DNA of 61,545 nt, taken from positions 1 to 61,545 of the IMG/VR virus record IMGVR_UViG_3300009514_000363, one strand, 5' to 3'. Source of the DNA: a virus (taxonomy: Duplodnaviria > Caudoviricetes). Position numbers and translations under genes: made by a program. Under the pieces are notes generated by a model. That model did not search any database and was not told the origin of the DNA. It saw nothing but the letters and a program-made list of their open reading frames with translations. This document shows, in pieces, positions 47,201-57,079 of this stretch (position 1 is the first letter of the stretch; each line of letters opens with the position of its first letter).

Positions 47201-48509
47201 TGCTTGTATCATCACCAGTCACTGTTAAAGATTGTTCAACGACTATGCCTTCTTTAAAGGTTTTAACACCCCAAATATTTTGATCAGTACCTGATGGTGG
47301 CGAACCCATGTCACCGGCAACGTTAGTAACAAGAACAAATTCTGCGCCAGTAAAATCAGAAATGTCTAATTTAACAAGTGGACGCGACACAAAGCTGATA
47401 CCATTGTGCATTAAAGCGTCACCACTTGTTGGTACCTCTGATGTTGTATCAACATCAGAAAGATCGTCAGTAGTAAGGAATCTGTTTACGTAAATTGTTC
47501 CATTGTGAACTAATACATGTTTATTGCCAGCACCTGCACTAGTAACATCGAGTAAACTATTAGCATATAAATTAATATTGCCAGCAGTTGGTGGTAATGA
47601 GTTAATCGTTTGTACTTGTGGCGTAAAATCGGTAATATCTGCGATTTCGTGCGTATGTGAAAGCGGCGCAAAGTTAGCATCTGCTTCAGTTTCGGTGTAA
47701 TAACGACTATCTAATACACCTACGCCCACTGCGCCGCCAAATTCTGTTTGTGTGTAATATCTTGCGTCAAGTGCACCGCCATCAAGATTGGCTTTTGTAT
47801 AATAGTTACCACTTGATTCATCGAAACCAATTGGATTCCATGTTACACCATCGTTAGTGAATTCCCAACGAGCGGCTGGTTGCGTTGCTGGACTTCCTGT
47901 TGGGCTTCCTGTGCCAGGTATTTCATTAAAACGAATACCAACATCTGGACCCGAAAATCTATCAAACCAAAGTGCGCCAGTATTTGTAGAACCACCACCA
48001 ACATTAAGAGTAAAATCTGCACTATTAGTACCATCAGTATCGGCTTTAGTAGCAACACTGTTATCAACGTATGTGGTTGTAGCATAATCTGACAATTGGG
48101 ACTGACTTACACTATCTGGTTGAATTTGCCACATAGGACGAAGGTCATAAATCATGTCATTCGTAATAGCAGTTGTAGTATCACCAACGAAAATAGCAGC
48201 CAACGGAAGCTTGTCCGCATATAAGCTTGCGGCTGGCAAATCAGGGTTAGCACCTGCAGTACCATTAATAAGGCTAACTTGTCCATTTGCAGTTACTGTA
48301 ACTAAAACCCATTTCGCGTTTGAGCTAGGTGCACTAATAGTTGGAGAAGTTCCACCAACATATTCTTTAAATTCTGTGTCAGCAGTCCAGAACGCGCCTT
48401 CGGCGATCTTAACTGTCATATTAGGCGTTGACTGAGCTTCAACTTTTAATGGCGTAAAATATGCGCCTAATTTTTTTGCTGTATCGCCTTTCGGTGGTAA
48501 GGATATCAC
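44208..48509 (-). CDS. large tail-fibre/virion structural protein
   Basis: 1433 aa, GTG start with GGAG RBS; AASKEYVD repeats, V.D..I.LN...GIRIDRG modules, C-terminal IQIFVNGIKQ domain. Confidence 0.8.
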   Translation of the reverse strand: MISLPPKGDTAKKLGAYFTPLKVEAQSTPNMTVKIAEGAFWTADTEFKEYVGGTSPTISAPSSNAKWVLVTVTANGQVSLINGTAGANPDLPAASLYADKLPLAAIFVGDTTTAITNDMIYDLRPMWQIQPDSVSQSQLSDYATTTYVDNSVATKADTDGTNSADFTLNVGGGSTNTGALWFDRFSGPDVGIRFNEIPGTGSPTGSPATQPAARWEFTNDGVTWNPIGFDESSGNYYTKANLDGGALDARYYTQTEFGGAVGVGVLDSRYYTETEADANFAPLSHTHEIADITDFTPQVQTINSLPPTAGNINLYANSLLDVTSAGAGNKHVLVHNGTIYVNRFLTTDDLSDVDTTSEVPTSGDALMHNGISFVSRPLVKLDISDFTGAEFVLVTNVAGDMGSPPSGTDQNIWGVKTFKEGIVVEQSLTVTGDDTSIETTELYVKDDHVILNYGETGAGVGGGAGTAGIRIDRGIGSPDLPDAILQWDENAGQWEFGVVGSAAPVLTANHNHVPGDINGLSAWFTAELGESLNTLDKMADVFYHDGSPPLGNKQHLLYNGTQNYWENKDFATSVTNELTTNNLNTMADVEYHGSPALAEGQVLIYEAVDGWSNHNATKSIISDFSESDYIHVTGNETKNGNLIINGDFTVGQNTSGSPQVETTTILNSVDVRIKDNVTTINYGDHVNLDLGSGTAGFAVDRGSLPQDAFIQWNESSGVWEGSRSALLGSPLTPTLIITPFSYTNHQHTIDDLTDISADADEINTLDGIDTSKSMQTHLDERVLSAGDTMDLGADLTFNNGEVLGLPATPSVDDAAASKLYVDTEAAAVQAALHAHAIDTGSPTVWHMTADQNAFLDTVMTGSPTLAGGEVNTLSGIDTSTTVQAQLDDKISRSGEVDSPLARSVMDAGISLQFSGGGEVLGMPASPSATAAASKEYVDTQVARKIDRAGETGSPLDTSVMDSGISLTFSGGGEVLGLPASPSATGAASKEYVDTLDTAQTVALTAHIDETGSPVVHHMTPEQNAFLDGLNITGSPETLTAAHVNFLSNVTSNVQDQLDLKANFINHVGSPVGSPYVETFVSVAINGDIQDSTYYVDDTANTTSNFWTADKVDTTKANKVVGSPAAVAGNFAGLDAAGDLTDSGSKAADFATAGHTHANAATAIDDWAAALDTYFTGTAILSDLSDVVFTGSPSGTASANDFMQFNGTNWVNITPTDIDEFVHATGSVSESITGTKTFTDIITFSSNVIVNADMTVAGTTTFIDSTNLEVTDKQITVNKGYNGPTSGSTGAGIYVVRDEAGSPVGSPDSSLGATLIWDDSLENFKAGLDGSETELARVGLTPAQPAYDIQTGQGGSPTTDLVYTLTGSEWNIPAPAANHAAIQIFVNGIKQTEGAGKAYTVAGYGTGTITITFNAGSEPAEGTDVEFYGFGYIG

Positions 48510-48554
48510 GGCTCTGCTCCCTTGATAAATACGTTTTTAATGAGGTAAAAATTT

Positions 48555-49484
48555 ATGTCTACTGATATTTATCAAAGGGGTAAAAAATTTATACGTAATT
48601 CAAAGAAGATACACAAGGACAAGTACGATTACAGCAAAGTTGATTACATAAATGCAAGAACCCCCGTCACAATTGTTTGTCCGATACATGGTGATTTTCA
48701 TCAATGGCCAGACAAACATCTTAATAGAAAGCACGGATGTCCAAGTTGTGGTGGAACTGAAAAATCAAATACGCCCAAGTTTATAGAAAAGGCAAAAAAA
48801 GTTCATGGTAATATTTATGAATATATGCTAGTCAACTACAAAGGCAATCGTGAACCAGTTCAAATTGTTTGTCATGAACATGGTGTTTTCAAACAAACAC
48901 CAAAAGATCATTTAGATGGATGTGGATGCCCAAAATGTGGCGGATTTGCCCGTTTGACGCAAAAAGACTTTGTAATGAGATCTATGAAAAAGCACAATAA
49001 CAAATATGATTATTCTTTAGCCAAATTTACTACAGATAGGAAAAAGATTACAATTATTTGCCCTGAACATGGTAAATTTACACAAACACCAAATGCACAT
49101 ATGAGAGGGCAAGGTTGCCCAAACTGTAAGTCAACCAAAGGATATTCAATAGGTGTGTTTGAAAACAATGAAAGTTTAAAATACGAACATGGAAGATTAT
49201 ATCTTTTACAATTTACTAATATTGACGATGGAACAGAATTCCTAAAAGTTGGAATTACAAAACGTACCATTAAATCAAGGTTCAGTTCTGGATATGGTGG
49301 TTACGATTATACCGTTTTGTTGGACAGAGAAATGAAATTATATGATGCTTTTGTTCTGGAACAGCACATATTGCGTACATTTGAAAATATTAAATTTGTA
49401 CCAGATTCACCATTTGGTGGACGCAATGAATGTTTCACCACAGATTATACGCACCAAATAATCAAAACCATATTAACGTCTTGA
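48555..49484 (+). mobile_element. free-standing homing-endonuclease-like gene
   Basis: Three repeats of H..KYDYS...I.CP.HG.F.Q.P..H..GCP.C followed by a GIY-YIG-like LYLL...LKVGIT..R..E domain; lies between a fibre gene and the DNA polymerase. Confidence 0.7.
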
Positions 49485-49509
49485 CAGGCAAATCCACCTG
49501 TCGTATAAT
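49481..49509 (+). promoter_or_regulatory. consensus sigma70 promoter of the DNA polymerase gene
   Basis: TTGACA-17-TATAAT. Confidence 0.8.
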
Positions 49510-49536
49510 AGCAAAAAATAATAATGAGGAAAATTA

Positions 49537-52176
49537 ATGGGATATATCAACGCCATAAAAAGAAATAACGATATTCTCGTATGGGAAAGAAATGATGGCA
49601 AGCGCGAAATAGCGAATTACAGAGCACCTTATTACTTTTACACAAAATCCAAAAATGGCACATATATTAGCATGTATGGCGATAAATTAGAACGCCATGA
49701 TTTTGCAACAGGTAAAGAATTTAATGAAGCGAGAGCTGGATATGCCGGAATGGGTGTCAAGATGTTTGAATCTGACATTCCACCAGAATTGAAGTTACTA
49801 TCCGAAAAATACTACAATAAACCAGCGCCTGCTCTTCACGTAACCTTTTTCGATATTGAAGTTGACTACGATAAAGAACGGGGATTCTCATCCATCGAAG
49901 ATCCCTATGCACCGATAAATTCTATCGCACTGTATAATAATTGGCAGAATAGGATGTTGGTAATTGCTGTTCCACCCGAAGATTATGACGGACCATTAGA
50001 CGAAGAAACCATCTTAAAGGAAATGCACGATATCGCTGCGTTGCCTGATGATTGTCGGATTGAAGTAAAATTATTTGAAAATGAACACGATATGCTGGAA
50101 TATTTTTTAGAAGAAATCCAAGACAGTGATGTTCTTTCTGGTTGGAACAGCGACTATTTTGACATTCCATATTTAGGTAAACGATTGAAATTAATGGGGA
50201 AACGATATCTTGGCCAATTATCATTTCCAGAAGGGAACCCACCCAAATTTCGCGAAGAAGAAACACAATACAGATTACAATGGGTATTAGATCTGTCAGG
50301 CAGAATTAGTGCTGATTACTTGCTTATTTTCAAAAAATATGAGGTGGTTGAAAGACCAAGTTACCGATTAGAATCAATTGCGGATGAAATCCTTATAAAC
50401 CCAAAAACTAAAGAACCCATTTTGCCAAAATTAGAATATGAAGGTTCGTTAGCCAGCCTATACAGAAATAACTTTATTTGGTTCATTCGATACAATCTCC
50501 GTGATACCGAAGTCTTGAAAGGATTCGAAGACCGTTTAGGATATGTGGAACTTGCGAATCAAATGTACCATCTATCCACTGGACTATTTAAACATGTTAC
50601 AGGAACTCTAAAACTGTCTGAACTTGCCACAATCAACTACTGTCACTATGAACTGGATGGTATGATTGTTAATGATGTCCATGTTCCAGATTCTGCTGAA
50701 AAGGCCAAAGGCGCTTTTGTGTTACTTCCACAAGTGGGGGAACATGACTGGATTGGGGCAATTGATATCAATTCGCTGTACCCGTCAGCCATCCGTTCAA
50801 ATAATATTAGCCCAGAGACCATTGTTGGTCAATTTGTTGAAAATGAACGAGCATTTGAAGAAATCAAAAATCGTTCCTTTAGACAATTAACCCTTGAAAT
50901 GGACAGTGGGGAAAGGTTGACTGCTGGAGCAGACGAGTGGCGTGAAGCACTATTGAATAAGAACTGGTCAATTTCTGGTTATGGAACGGTATTTTCCCAA
51001 GAAAAAGAAGGGATTATGCCATCTATCCTCAAATATTGGTATTCGACCAGAAAGAAATATCAAAAGTTAATGATAGAAGCAAAGGAAAGCGGAGATCAAA
51101 CAAAGGCAACATATTATGATAAATTACAGTATGTTTACAAGATTAAACTGAATAGTTATTATGGTTCATTGTTGAATGCCTATTTCAGGTTCTACGATAA
51201 ACGTCTTGGTGAAAGCACTACGGCCACAAGCCGTGCGATTCTTCTACACCAATGTGCAAAAGTGGCTGAACTTCTTGACGGTAAATATGCACCTACTGAT
51301 AGATTAGAACATGATAAACAAGGTAAGCCACATATTGGATATTCTGATAAATGGTCAGTGATATATGGTGATACCGATTCAACGTATTTTAAAACTCATG
51401 CTTCAAGCGAAGAAGATGCTGTTGCAATTGCTGATGCTGTTGGTGAACAAACCAGTGCATCCTTCCCTGAGTTCATGCGCGAAACATTCTTGTGTGGTGA
51501 AGGCTTCGATGATATCATTAAGACAGGTCGTGAAATCGTTTCTGACAAAGGTATCTTTGTTGATAAGAAACGTTACTTCTTACACATTGTCGATAATGAA
51601 GGATTCAAATGTGACAAGATTAAAGTCATGGGATTGGATACTAAAAAGACCACACTACCAAAAGAAGTATCAAAAGAACTGAATAGTTTCGTTGAACGAT
51701 ACCTGAAAGGTGAAGATTGGGATACTATTGCAACTGAAATTGTTGATTATAAAGATACGCTTTATAACACAAAAAATGTTATGTTTATTGGGTTACCAAA
51801 AGGTGTACAAAATGTAGAATCCTATACCCGCGAATATAAAAATGACAATAAGACACGTCTTCCAGGTCATGTGGCTGCCAGCATTTTTTATAATATGTGT
51901 CGTAAAGAATATGATGATAAAGAAAGCTTGGAAATCAAATCAGGAATGAAAATAAAGGTATTCTATCTGAATAAAACATATGGAAGATTTAAAAGTATCG
52001 CTATACCCGTTGATATTGAAAGGGTTCCTGAATGGTTTTTACAAGACTTTATTATTAACAGAGATATGCATATTGAGCGGCTTATAGACAATCCTATGAA
52101 TAATATCATCAAAGCAATTGGTAAAGAAACACCATCAAAACAAAGCTTATTAACGGATTCGTTGTTGGACTTTTAA
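49537..52176 (+). CDS. gp43: family B DNA polymerase (T4 gp43-like)
   Basis: Exo FFDIEV, GWNS..FDIPY, YN.RD; pol DINSLYPS, KIKLNSYYG, YGDTDS, KKRY. Confidence 0.97.
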   Translation: MGYINAIKRNNDILVWERNDGKREIANYRAPYYFYTKSKNGTYISMYGDKLERHDFATGKEFNEARAGYAGMGVKMFESDIPPELKLLSEKYYNKPAPALHVTFFDIEVDYDKERGFSSIEDPYAPINSIALYNNWQNRMLVIAVPPEDYDGPLDEETILKEMHDIAALPDDCRIEVKLFENEHDMLEYFLEEIQDSDVLSGWNSDYFDIPYLGKRLKLMGKRYLGQLSFPEGNPPKFREEETQYRLQWVLDLSGRISADYLLIFKKYEVVERPSYRLESIADEILINPKTKEPILPKLEYEGSLASLYRNNFIWFIRYNLRDTEVLKGFEDRLGYVELANQMYHLSTGLFKHVTGTLKLSELATINYCHYELDGMIVNDVHVPDSAEKAKGAFVLLPQVGEHDWIGAIDINSLYPSAIRSNNISPETIVGQFVENERAFEEIKNRSFRQLTLEMDSGERLTAGADEWREALLNKNWSISGYGTVFSQEKEGIMPSILKYWYSTRKKYQKLMIEAKESGDQTKATYYDKLQYVYKIKLNSYYGSLLNAYFRFYDKRLGESTTATSRAILLHQCAKVAELLDGKYAPTDRLEHDKQGKPHIGYSDKWSVIYGDTDSTYFKTHASSEEDAVAIADAVGEQTSASFPEFMRETFLCGEGFDDIIKTGREIVSDKGIFVDKKRYFLHIVDNEGFKCDKIKVMGLDTKKTTLPKEVSKELNSFVERYLKGEDWDTIATEIVDYKDTLYNTKNVMFIGLPKGVQNVESYTREYKNDNKTRLPGHVAASIFYNMCRKEYDDKESLEIKSGMKIKVFYLNKTYGRFKSIAIPVDIERVPEWFLQDFIINRDMHIERLIDNPMNNIIKAIGKETPSKQSLLTDSLLDF

Positions 52177-52177
52177 T

Positions 52178-52594
52178 ATGAAAAAACTTTTTACATCGAA
52201 TTATGCAAGACATGGTAATAATCCAAATGCTATTGCCATAAGCTTAATTGTTCCAGAATGGTATGAAGGCAAACGTCTTGAATATCTAGCACCAAGAAGC
52301 GACATGGTTGGGAAGATAAAAAAAGGTTCAGAAAATTATAATCAGCGGAAATATACAAGGGAATACATTGATTTACTTAAAGCGCGGAACGTGCAGCCAC
52401 AGAAACTGGTAGATTCTTTACCAGATGGTGCGATACTTTTATGTTACGAATCGCCAGGTGATTTTTGTCACAGAAGACTTCTTGCAGATTGGATTGAATG
52501 TCGTACAGGTGTCATGATTCCTGAATGGAAGAATGAAAAAGAAACTGAAGTGGAAAACCAGAACAAAGTTGTTGACAGCATACTTGACTTTTAG
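52178..52594 (+). CDS. DUF488-like protein with C-terminal clamp-binding-like peptide
   Basis: LAP, LLCYE...CHRRLLADW; ends VDSILDF with a TAG stop. Confidence 0.7.
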   Translation: MKKLFTSNYARHGNNPNAIAISLIVPEWYEGKRLEYLAPRSDMVGKIKKGSENYNQRKYTREYIDLLKARNVQPQKLVDSLPDGAILLCYESPGDFCHRRLLADWIECRTGVMIPEWKNEKETEVENQNKVVDSILDF

Positions 52595-52640
52595 TATACT
52601 GCGGAATGCAATATAAAATAACAATAATAGGATAATAAAA

Positions 52641-53342
52641 ATGAAACTTACACAAGATCTCATTGATTTCATAGAAACCGTAGTAAAAACGGGACAAAGC
52701 GTTAACATTGATAATGTTATCATTGAACCAGACATGGTTAGAGCTATTGACGATGCACGTACTGTAGTTCTGTATCAAGATTCAGATGTACCCGAAATGC
52801 CATTTGGTTCTATTGGGTTAAATCGTATCAGCGTATTCTTATCGCGCCTTGAAATTGCAAAAACACAAGACAACTTCACACTTGATGTAGTCGTTAATGA
52901 TGGTGAAGAATATGCGCGTTCTATCGCAATGAAAGGCACCGGATTAAAGGTCGATTATCGTTGCGCAAATCCTACAACTATTCAAGCTCCACGTCAGATC
53001 AATGATAATCTAGTATATCGCATTCAGTTAAATGCAGAAGCTGTTAGCTTACTTCAAAAAGGCCAAGTTGCTATGGGTTCAGAAACGGTAACTATTGTGA
53101 ACGACGACGGCGTTTCTTTCGAATTAACTGACGTAAATAGTGATGCATTCAAACATACATTTGCGCCAGATGTTGAATTATTAGACGAAGATGCGCCGGC
53201 CAGCTTCACACATCGTTACCCTGCCAAAACTTTACTTGCATTATTCAAACAGAATCCAGATGGTCATTTCGATATTGGTGAAAAGGGCATTCTTAATATT
53301 ACTGTTAACGGACTTGACATTTACGTATTACCACAGGTATAA
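52641..53342 (+). CDS. gp45: sliding clamp (T4 gp45-like)
   Basis: 233 aa acidic protein near the polymerase; GSIGLNRI..F and C-terminal GILNITVNGLDIYVLP pattern. Confidence 0.65.
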   Translation: MKLTQDLIDFIETVVKTGQSVNIDNVIIEPDMVRAIDDARTVVLYQDSDVPEMPFGSIGLNRISVFLSRLEIAKTQDNFTLDVVVNDGEEYARSIAMKGTGLKVDYRCANPTTIQAPRQINDNLVYRIQLNAEAVSLLQKGQVAMGSETVTIVNDDGVSFELTDVNSDAFKHTFAPDVELLDEDAPASFTHRYPAKTLLALFKQNPDGHFDIGEKGILNITVNGLDIYVLPQV

Positions 53343-53346
53343 GTAC

Positions 53347-53565
53347 GTGTCTGCTGTAATGCGAACCGTTGAGCGCCTTATGGGTAAGGATTGGCACGTT
53401 TGCCAAATGTCAGAGTTAAATAAAGGTGATATTTTTAGGTTACGTGAACCGACTGGGGAACTAGTAGGTGAACAAAACTGGATCGCAGCCAGCGAACCAC
53501 AAATAACAGTTGAAAATGACAAACCTATATGGGGCATTGTAGCTAAAGGAGAAGACGATGACTGA
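53347..53565 (+). CDS. small hypothetical protein
   Basis: About 72 aa (GTG 53347 or ATG 53359); MSELNKGDIFRL. Confidence 0.5.
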   Translation: MSAVMRTVERLMGKDWHVCQMSELNKGDIFRLREPTGELVGEQNWIAASEPQITVENDKPIWGIVAKGEDDD

Positions 53566-54016
53566 TGGCGATAAACCAATAATTGATATTGAAGAACCTA
53601 CACAACAGGAAGTTGTAGAACAACCAAAGAGTTCAATACTTTCTGGTGAAGAACTTGCTGCTATTAAAGAACAATTAAAAGCACAAGTCATAGATGAATT
53701 GAAAGATGAAAGAACTCGTAAGATGGAAGAAGCAAAATTCCGCCGTGAAGAAGAAGATGCTGAACAGCAGCGCTACATCACAAAGATGAAACAATCGCCC
53801 GATCCATGGGTTGATATCATTGGTTGGGTTCGTACTGATGAAGGCGTAAAGATTGAATTAGAATGGAATGATGCATTTGTTGATTTCCTTCGCGTAGAAG
53901 GTATCAAAGGTGCAGACGATGAACAAGTTGTTCAGAAGTGGGTGACATTGCTTTTGCGTGATATGGCTGACGAAATGGAAGAACGCTATCAGAGTGATAG
54001 TGATTACGCAGGGTAA
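53558..54016 (+). CDS. hypothetical protein
   Basis: 152 aa; PWV, ELEWNDAFV..L...G..G..DE.VV.KW; AGGAG RBS. Confidence 0.7.
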   Translation: MTDGDKPIIDIEEPTQQEVVEQPKSSILSGEELAAIKEQLKAQVIDELKDERTRKMEEAKFRREEEDAEQQRYITKMKQSPDPWVDIIGWVRTDEGVKIELEWNDAFVDFLRVEGIKGADDEQVVQKWVTLLLRDMADEMEERYQSDSDYAG

Positions 54017-54029
54017 AAAGAATAATAAT

Positions 54030-54941
54030 ATGAAATACTTAGTCTTAGATATAAGCAACCTTTTATATCGTTCCTTTTATGCGAATAAAAGCGAAGATGA
54101 TATAACAATAGCGGGTTTGGCACATCATCAAGCTCTTCTTACCTTAAACAAATATTATAGGGCACATAAACCAGATAAAGTTATAATGTGTTTTGATCGT
54201 TATACATGGCGAAAAGAATACACGAAATCTGATGAATGTGTTTCTGGCAAGTTATACAAGGGCAATCGTCGCCAAGATATGACAGCAAAAGAACGCGAAA
54301 AATATGAATTATTCTTGAGTCATTTGAAAGAATTTGAAGAATTGATGAAAGTACATACGAGCGTTGTATGTCTTGCTGCGGATGGTTTAGAAGCAGATGA
54401 TTTGGCAGCAGGATTTGTTCAAATGCATTCAGGTAAAGGTAATGAAATCGTTGTTATTAGCACCGATAAAGACTACATCCAACTTCTCGGCTTTCCGAAC
54501 ACCCAACTTATCAACCCGGCGGATGACAAACCGCGCTCTCTTAATGAGTGGAACGGTGATGTGGAATTATTCATGTTTGAAAAATGTATTCGTGGTGATG
54601 CAGGAGATAATGTTCAATCTGCTTATCCGCGCGTCAGAAAAACAAGAATTTTAAAAGCTTGGAAAGATCCACTAGAACGTGTCAATATGATGCACGAAAC
54701 ATGGACTAATCACGAAGGCAAAGAAATGATGGTTAAGAGTGTTTTCAAAGAAAATGAAATGTTAATGGATCTCAGAAAACAACCAGAAAAATGGCGCAAT
54801 ATAATGGAAAAAACCATTTCCGAAGAAATGGAAAACCCAGGTCAGTATTCATATTTTCATTTTATGAGATTCTTAGGAAAATACAAAATGGAGAAATTGG
54901 CAGCTCAAGCCGAACAATTTGCCCATATGTTAAGCAGGTAA
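54030..54941 (+). CDS. rnh: T4 RNase H-like 5'-3' exonuclease / flap nuclease
   Basis: LVLDISN, YKGNR, LEADDL, ISTDKDYIQL, IRGDAGDNV; start MKYLVL at 54030. Confidence 0.9.
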   Translation: MKYLVLDISNLLYRSFYANKSEDDITIAGLAHHQALLTLNKYYRAHKPDKVIMCFDRYTWRKEYTKSDECVSGKLYKGNRRQDMTAKEREKYELFLSHLKEFEELMKVHTSVVCLAADGLEADDLAAGFVQMHSGKGNEIVVISTDKDYIQLLGFPNTQLINPADDKPRSLNEWNGDVELFMFEKCIRGDAGDNVQSAYPRVRKTRILKAWKDPLERVNMMHETWTNHEGKEMMVKSVFKENEMLMDLRKQPEKWRNIMEKTISEEMENPGQYSYFHFMRFLGKYKMEKLAAQAEQFAHMLSR

Positions 54942-55292
54942 TTATTCTCCTGTTTCGCCATCCTTTGATTTTTCTTCGGGTTTCTTCTTCCAAAAAGTAA
55001 AGCCATTCCACTTCTTACCAGTAGAAGTATATAGTCCAAATACTGCAGCTGAAATACCCACAACTGCCGTAACTAATGCGGCATGTTGGGTTGTTGGAGC
55101 CTGGGCGATGCAGTCTAATGCGTTTGATGAAACACATTTTTCAATGACATATGGCGCTAAATCCATATACCAGTTAACAATCTTATATAACATATAACAA
55201 TATAGTGCCACCAAAGCACGGGGAACGACACGCCATGCATCCAATCCTTCCGCCATTGACAGGTGAATTTGTCTAAATTTATCAATATCCAT
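54942..55292 (-). CDS. two-TM membrane protein (holin candidate)
   Basis: 116 aa; LDAWRVVPR, WYM.L, PTTQHAALV, FGLY; late promoter upstream. Confidence 0.55.
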   Translation of the reverse strand: MDIDKFRQIHLSMAEGLDAWRVVPRALVALYCYMLYKIVNWYMDLAPYVIEKCVSSNALDCIAQAPTTQHAALVTAVVGISAAVFGLYTSTGKKWNGFTFWKKKPEEKSKDGETGE

Positions 55293-55313
55293 AGCTACGC
55301 TCCTTGTAATCTA

Positions 55314-55327
55314 TATAAATATTTATA
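55314..55327. promoter_or_regulatory. back-to-back T4-type late promoters
   Basis: The palindrome TATAAATATTTATA gives TATAAATA on both strands, between divergent genes. Confidence 0.7.
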
Positions 55328-55352
55328 CAGATTAGGTTAAAAATAGGAAAAT

Positions 55353-55646
55353 ATGATGGGTGACGTAGCAGCAAGAATTGGAGATCCAATTGATTGTGGG
55401 GATGTTATAGCACAAGGAAGTGGTAATGTATTCGTCAACAATATACCCGTATCTCGTTTGGGAGATAATACAGCTGGTCATTGTTTTCCTGCTGTTCCTC
55501 TTATACCCCCGGTTGCAACAACAGTAATGGCAAATGGTATTCCTATTGCACATATTGGTACTGGAATACCTACCCATTGTTGTGGTATTCCTTGCCATGC
55601 GGGTTCTGTTGCTGCAGGATCACCAGATGTTTTTGTTGAAGCTTAA
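55353..55646 (+). CDS. PAAR spike-tip protein (T4 gp5.4-like)
   Basis: VAARIGD..CG, GSGNVFVNNIPVSRLGD, GSPDVF. Confidence 0.9.
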   Translation: MMGDVAARIGDPIDCGDVIAQGSGNVFVNNIPVSRLGDNTAGHCFPAVPLIPPVATTVMANGIPIAHIGTGIPTHCCGIPCHAGSVAAGSPDVFVEA

Positions 55647-55657
55647 AGGTTAGTGTT

Positions 55658-56455
55658 ATGGCTAGTTGTCTACCAAAATTTCACAAAGCAATCTGCGATG
55701 AATTTACACCAGATTTCATCCCAAGCGGTACAGATTGTATAATGCCAGGTTATGATATTTTTCGTGCATACACATTTGCAGGTGGCACATTTTTTAGGGC
55801 TATTGAGCTTGGTGCATCTGGTGAAACTATACAAGTTAAATGTGAATGGCTTACAAGCACGGGTGTAGTAACTACAAATGAACTTTCATGCAAGTCAGTT
55901 AGACTTACAGTTAGTAAAGTTGGTTATCCTACCGAAGTATATAATACTCCACAAGAAATTGACAATGCTGCTTCGCCGACAACATGGTTACCATTATCGG
56001 ATGGTGGAATAAGTGATTTGCGCAATCAAATAAATATTAATAGTAATTTAATCACTATGCCACCTCAACATTTTCGGGCGAATTGGGGAACTGGATCGGG
56101 TTCGCCGCCTTTATTTGACGATAACCATATAGGGTATTTTACATCATCATTAAGTGATGCGGGTGATGATGCACCATCTGGGCCAGCAGGAATTCGTACA
56201 GGCCCAACGTATAGTTTATTTCTCAAAAGAATTTCTGAAACTAAAGATGATCCAAGTCTTCAACCAGACAGCAGAGGTGAAGAACCCATAGTAGGAACAA
56301 AAGCAGCAGATGGTATAGATGCAGGTTATGAATCAGAAGTCATGATAGTTTCCGCATGGGATGGAACACGATGGATTGGCTTTGACCAACATGGAAGTCC
56401 TATTCAGCCGTCTTGTTACGATCCAAACGACATACCACATGGATTATGTACTTGA
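55658..56455 (+). CDS. hypothetical protein, probably virion-associated
   Basis: 265 aa downstream of PAAR; contains two GSP motifs. Confidence 0.6.
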   Translation: MASCLPKFHKAICDEFTPDFIPSGTDCIMPGYDIFRAYTFAGGTFFRAIELGASGETIQVKCEWLTSTGVVTTNELSCKSVRLTVSKVGYPTEVYNTPQEIDNAASPTTWLPLSDGGISDLRNQININSNLITMPPQHFRANWGTGSGSPPLFDDNHIGYFTSSLSDAGDDAPSGPAGIRTGPTYSLFLKRISETKDDPSLQPDSRGEEPIVGTKAADGIDAGYESEVMIVSAWDGTRWIGFDQHGSPIQPSCYDPNDIPHGLCT

Positions 56456-56529
56456 TTGGTAACTCTCCAAATTTTAATGGTAAATAATAGTAGAATTTTT
56501 GTTTACACATGGATTAAGGAGATTATATA

Positions 56530-57009
56530 ATGGCTATAACAAAAAGAAAAGGTAACTTTCCACACGTATCGTGGATTGATTTAAAAGGAAATGGTGTATT
56601 AACTGAATGTGCCATTTTAAAGGAAGATGGATTTGGGAATACCTATTATATCGAAATTCCAAAACTTGATGCAATTGATAAGAATCGCTTAGCACGAATC
56701 GTAAAAAATCGTAATGCACCCAATTTTGAATTGTGGGATTTAATGAGTCAGGTAACACTTAATAATGGTATTAATGCTCTTGAGTATTTTCATCAATTAG
56801 TTAAAATCATTACCACTGATGGTGTAATCATGAATCCACGACAAGGTACTGTTGGTACTGGTGTAGTTAATACTGGTAGTGCTGCTGAAATGGCTTCTAT
56901 GAATATGAATGCACCGGTTGAAAGTGTTAAAGAAAGTGCGGAACTTACACCTGCAGAAAAACGTGCAGCTACTCTCGCAGCTAAGAAAACTGCTGCTGAA
57001 CAATCTTAG
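56530..57009 (+). CDS. hypothetical protein
   Basis: 159 aa; HVSWIDL..NG...ECAI, LDAIDKNRL, ELWDLMS..TL.NG.NALEYFHQLVK; AAGGAG RBS; TAG-TAA double stop. Confidence 0.7.
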   Translation: MAITKRKGNFPHVSWIDLKGNGVLTECAILKEDGFGNTYYIEIPKLDAIDKNRLARIVKNRNAPNFELWDLMSQVTLNNGINALEYFHQLVKIITTDGVIMNPRQGTVGTGVVNTGSAAEMASMNMNAPVESVKESAELTPAEKRAATLAAKKTAAEQS

Positions 57010-57034
57010 TAATAAGGTACTTTGTGTAAGCAAT

Positions 57035-57061
57035 AAAAAACCCGCCGCTGGCGGGTTTTTT
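57035..57061. terminator. bidirectional intrinsic terminator
   Basis: AAAAAACCCGCC-GCT-GGCGGGTTTTTT. Confidence 0.85.
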
Positions 57062-57079
57062 ATTTGTTATTGTTTAATC

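Noticed and set aside
42098-48435. Many 60-170 aa antisense or alternate-frame ORFs within the fibre genes
   Set aside because: Expected shadow ORFs from biased codon usage; no RBS or recognisable motifs.
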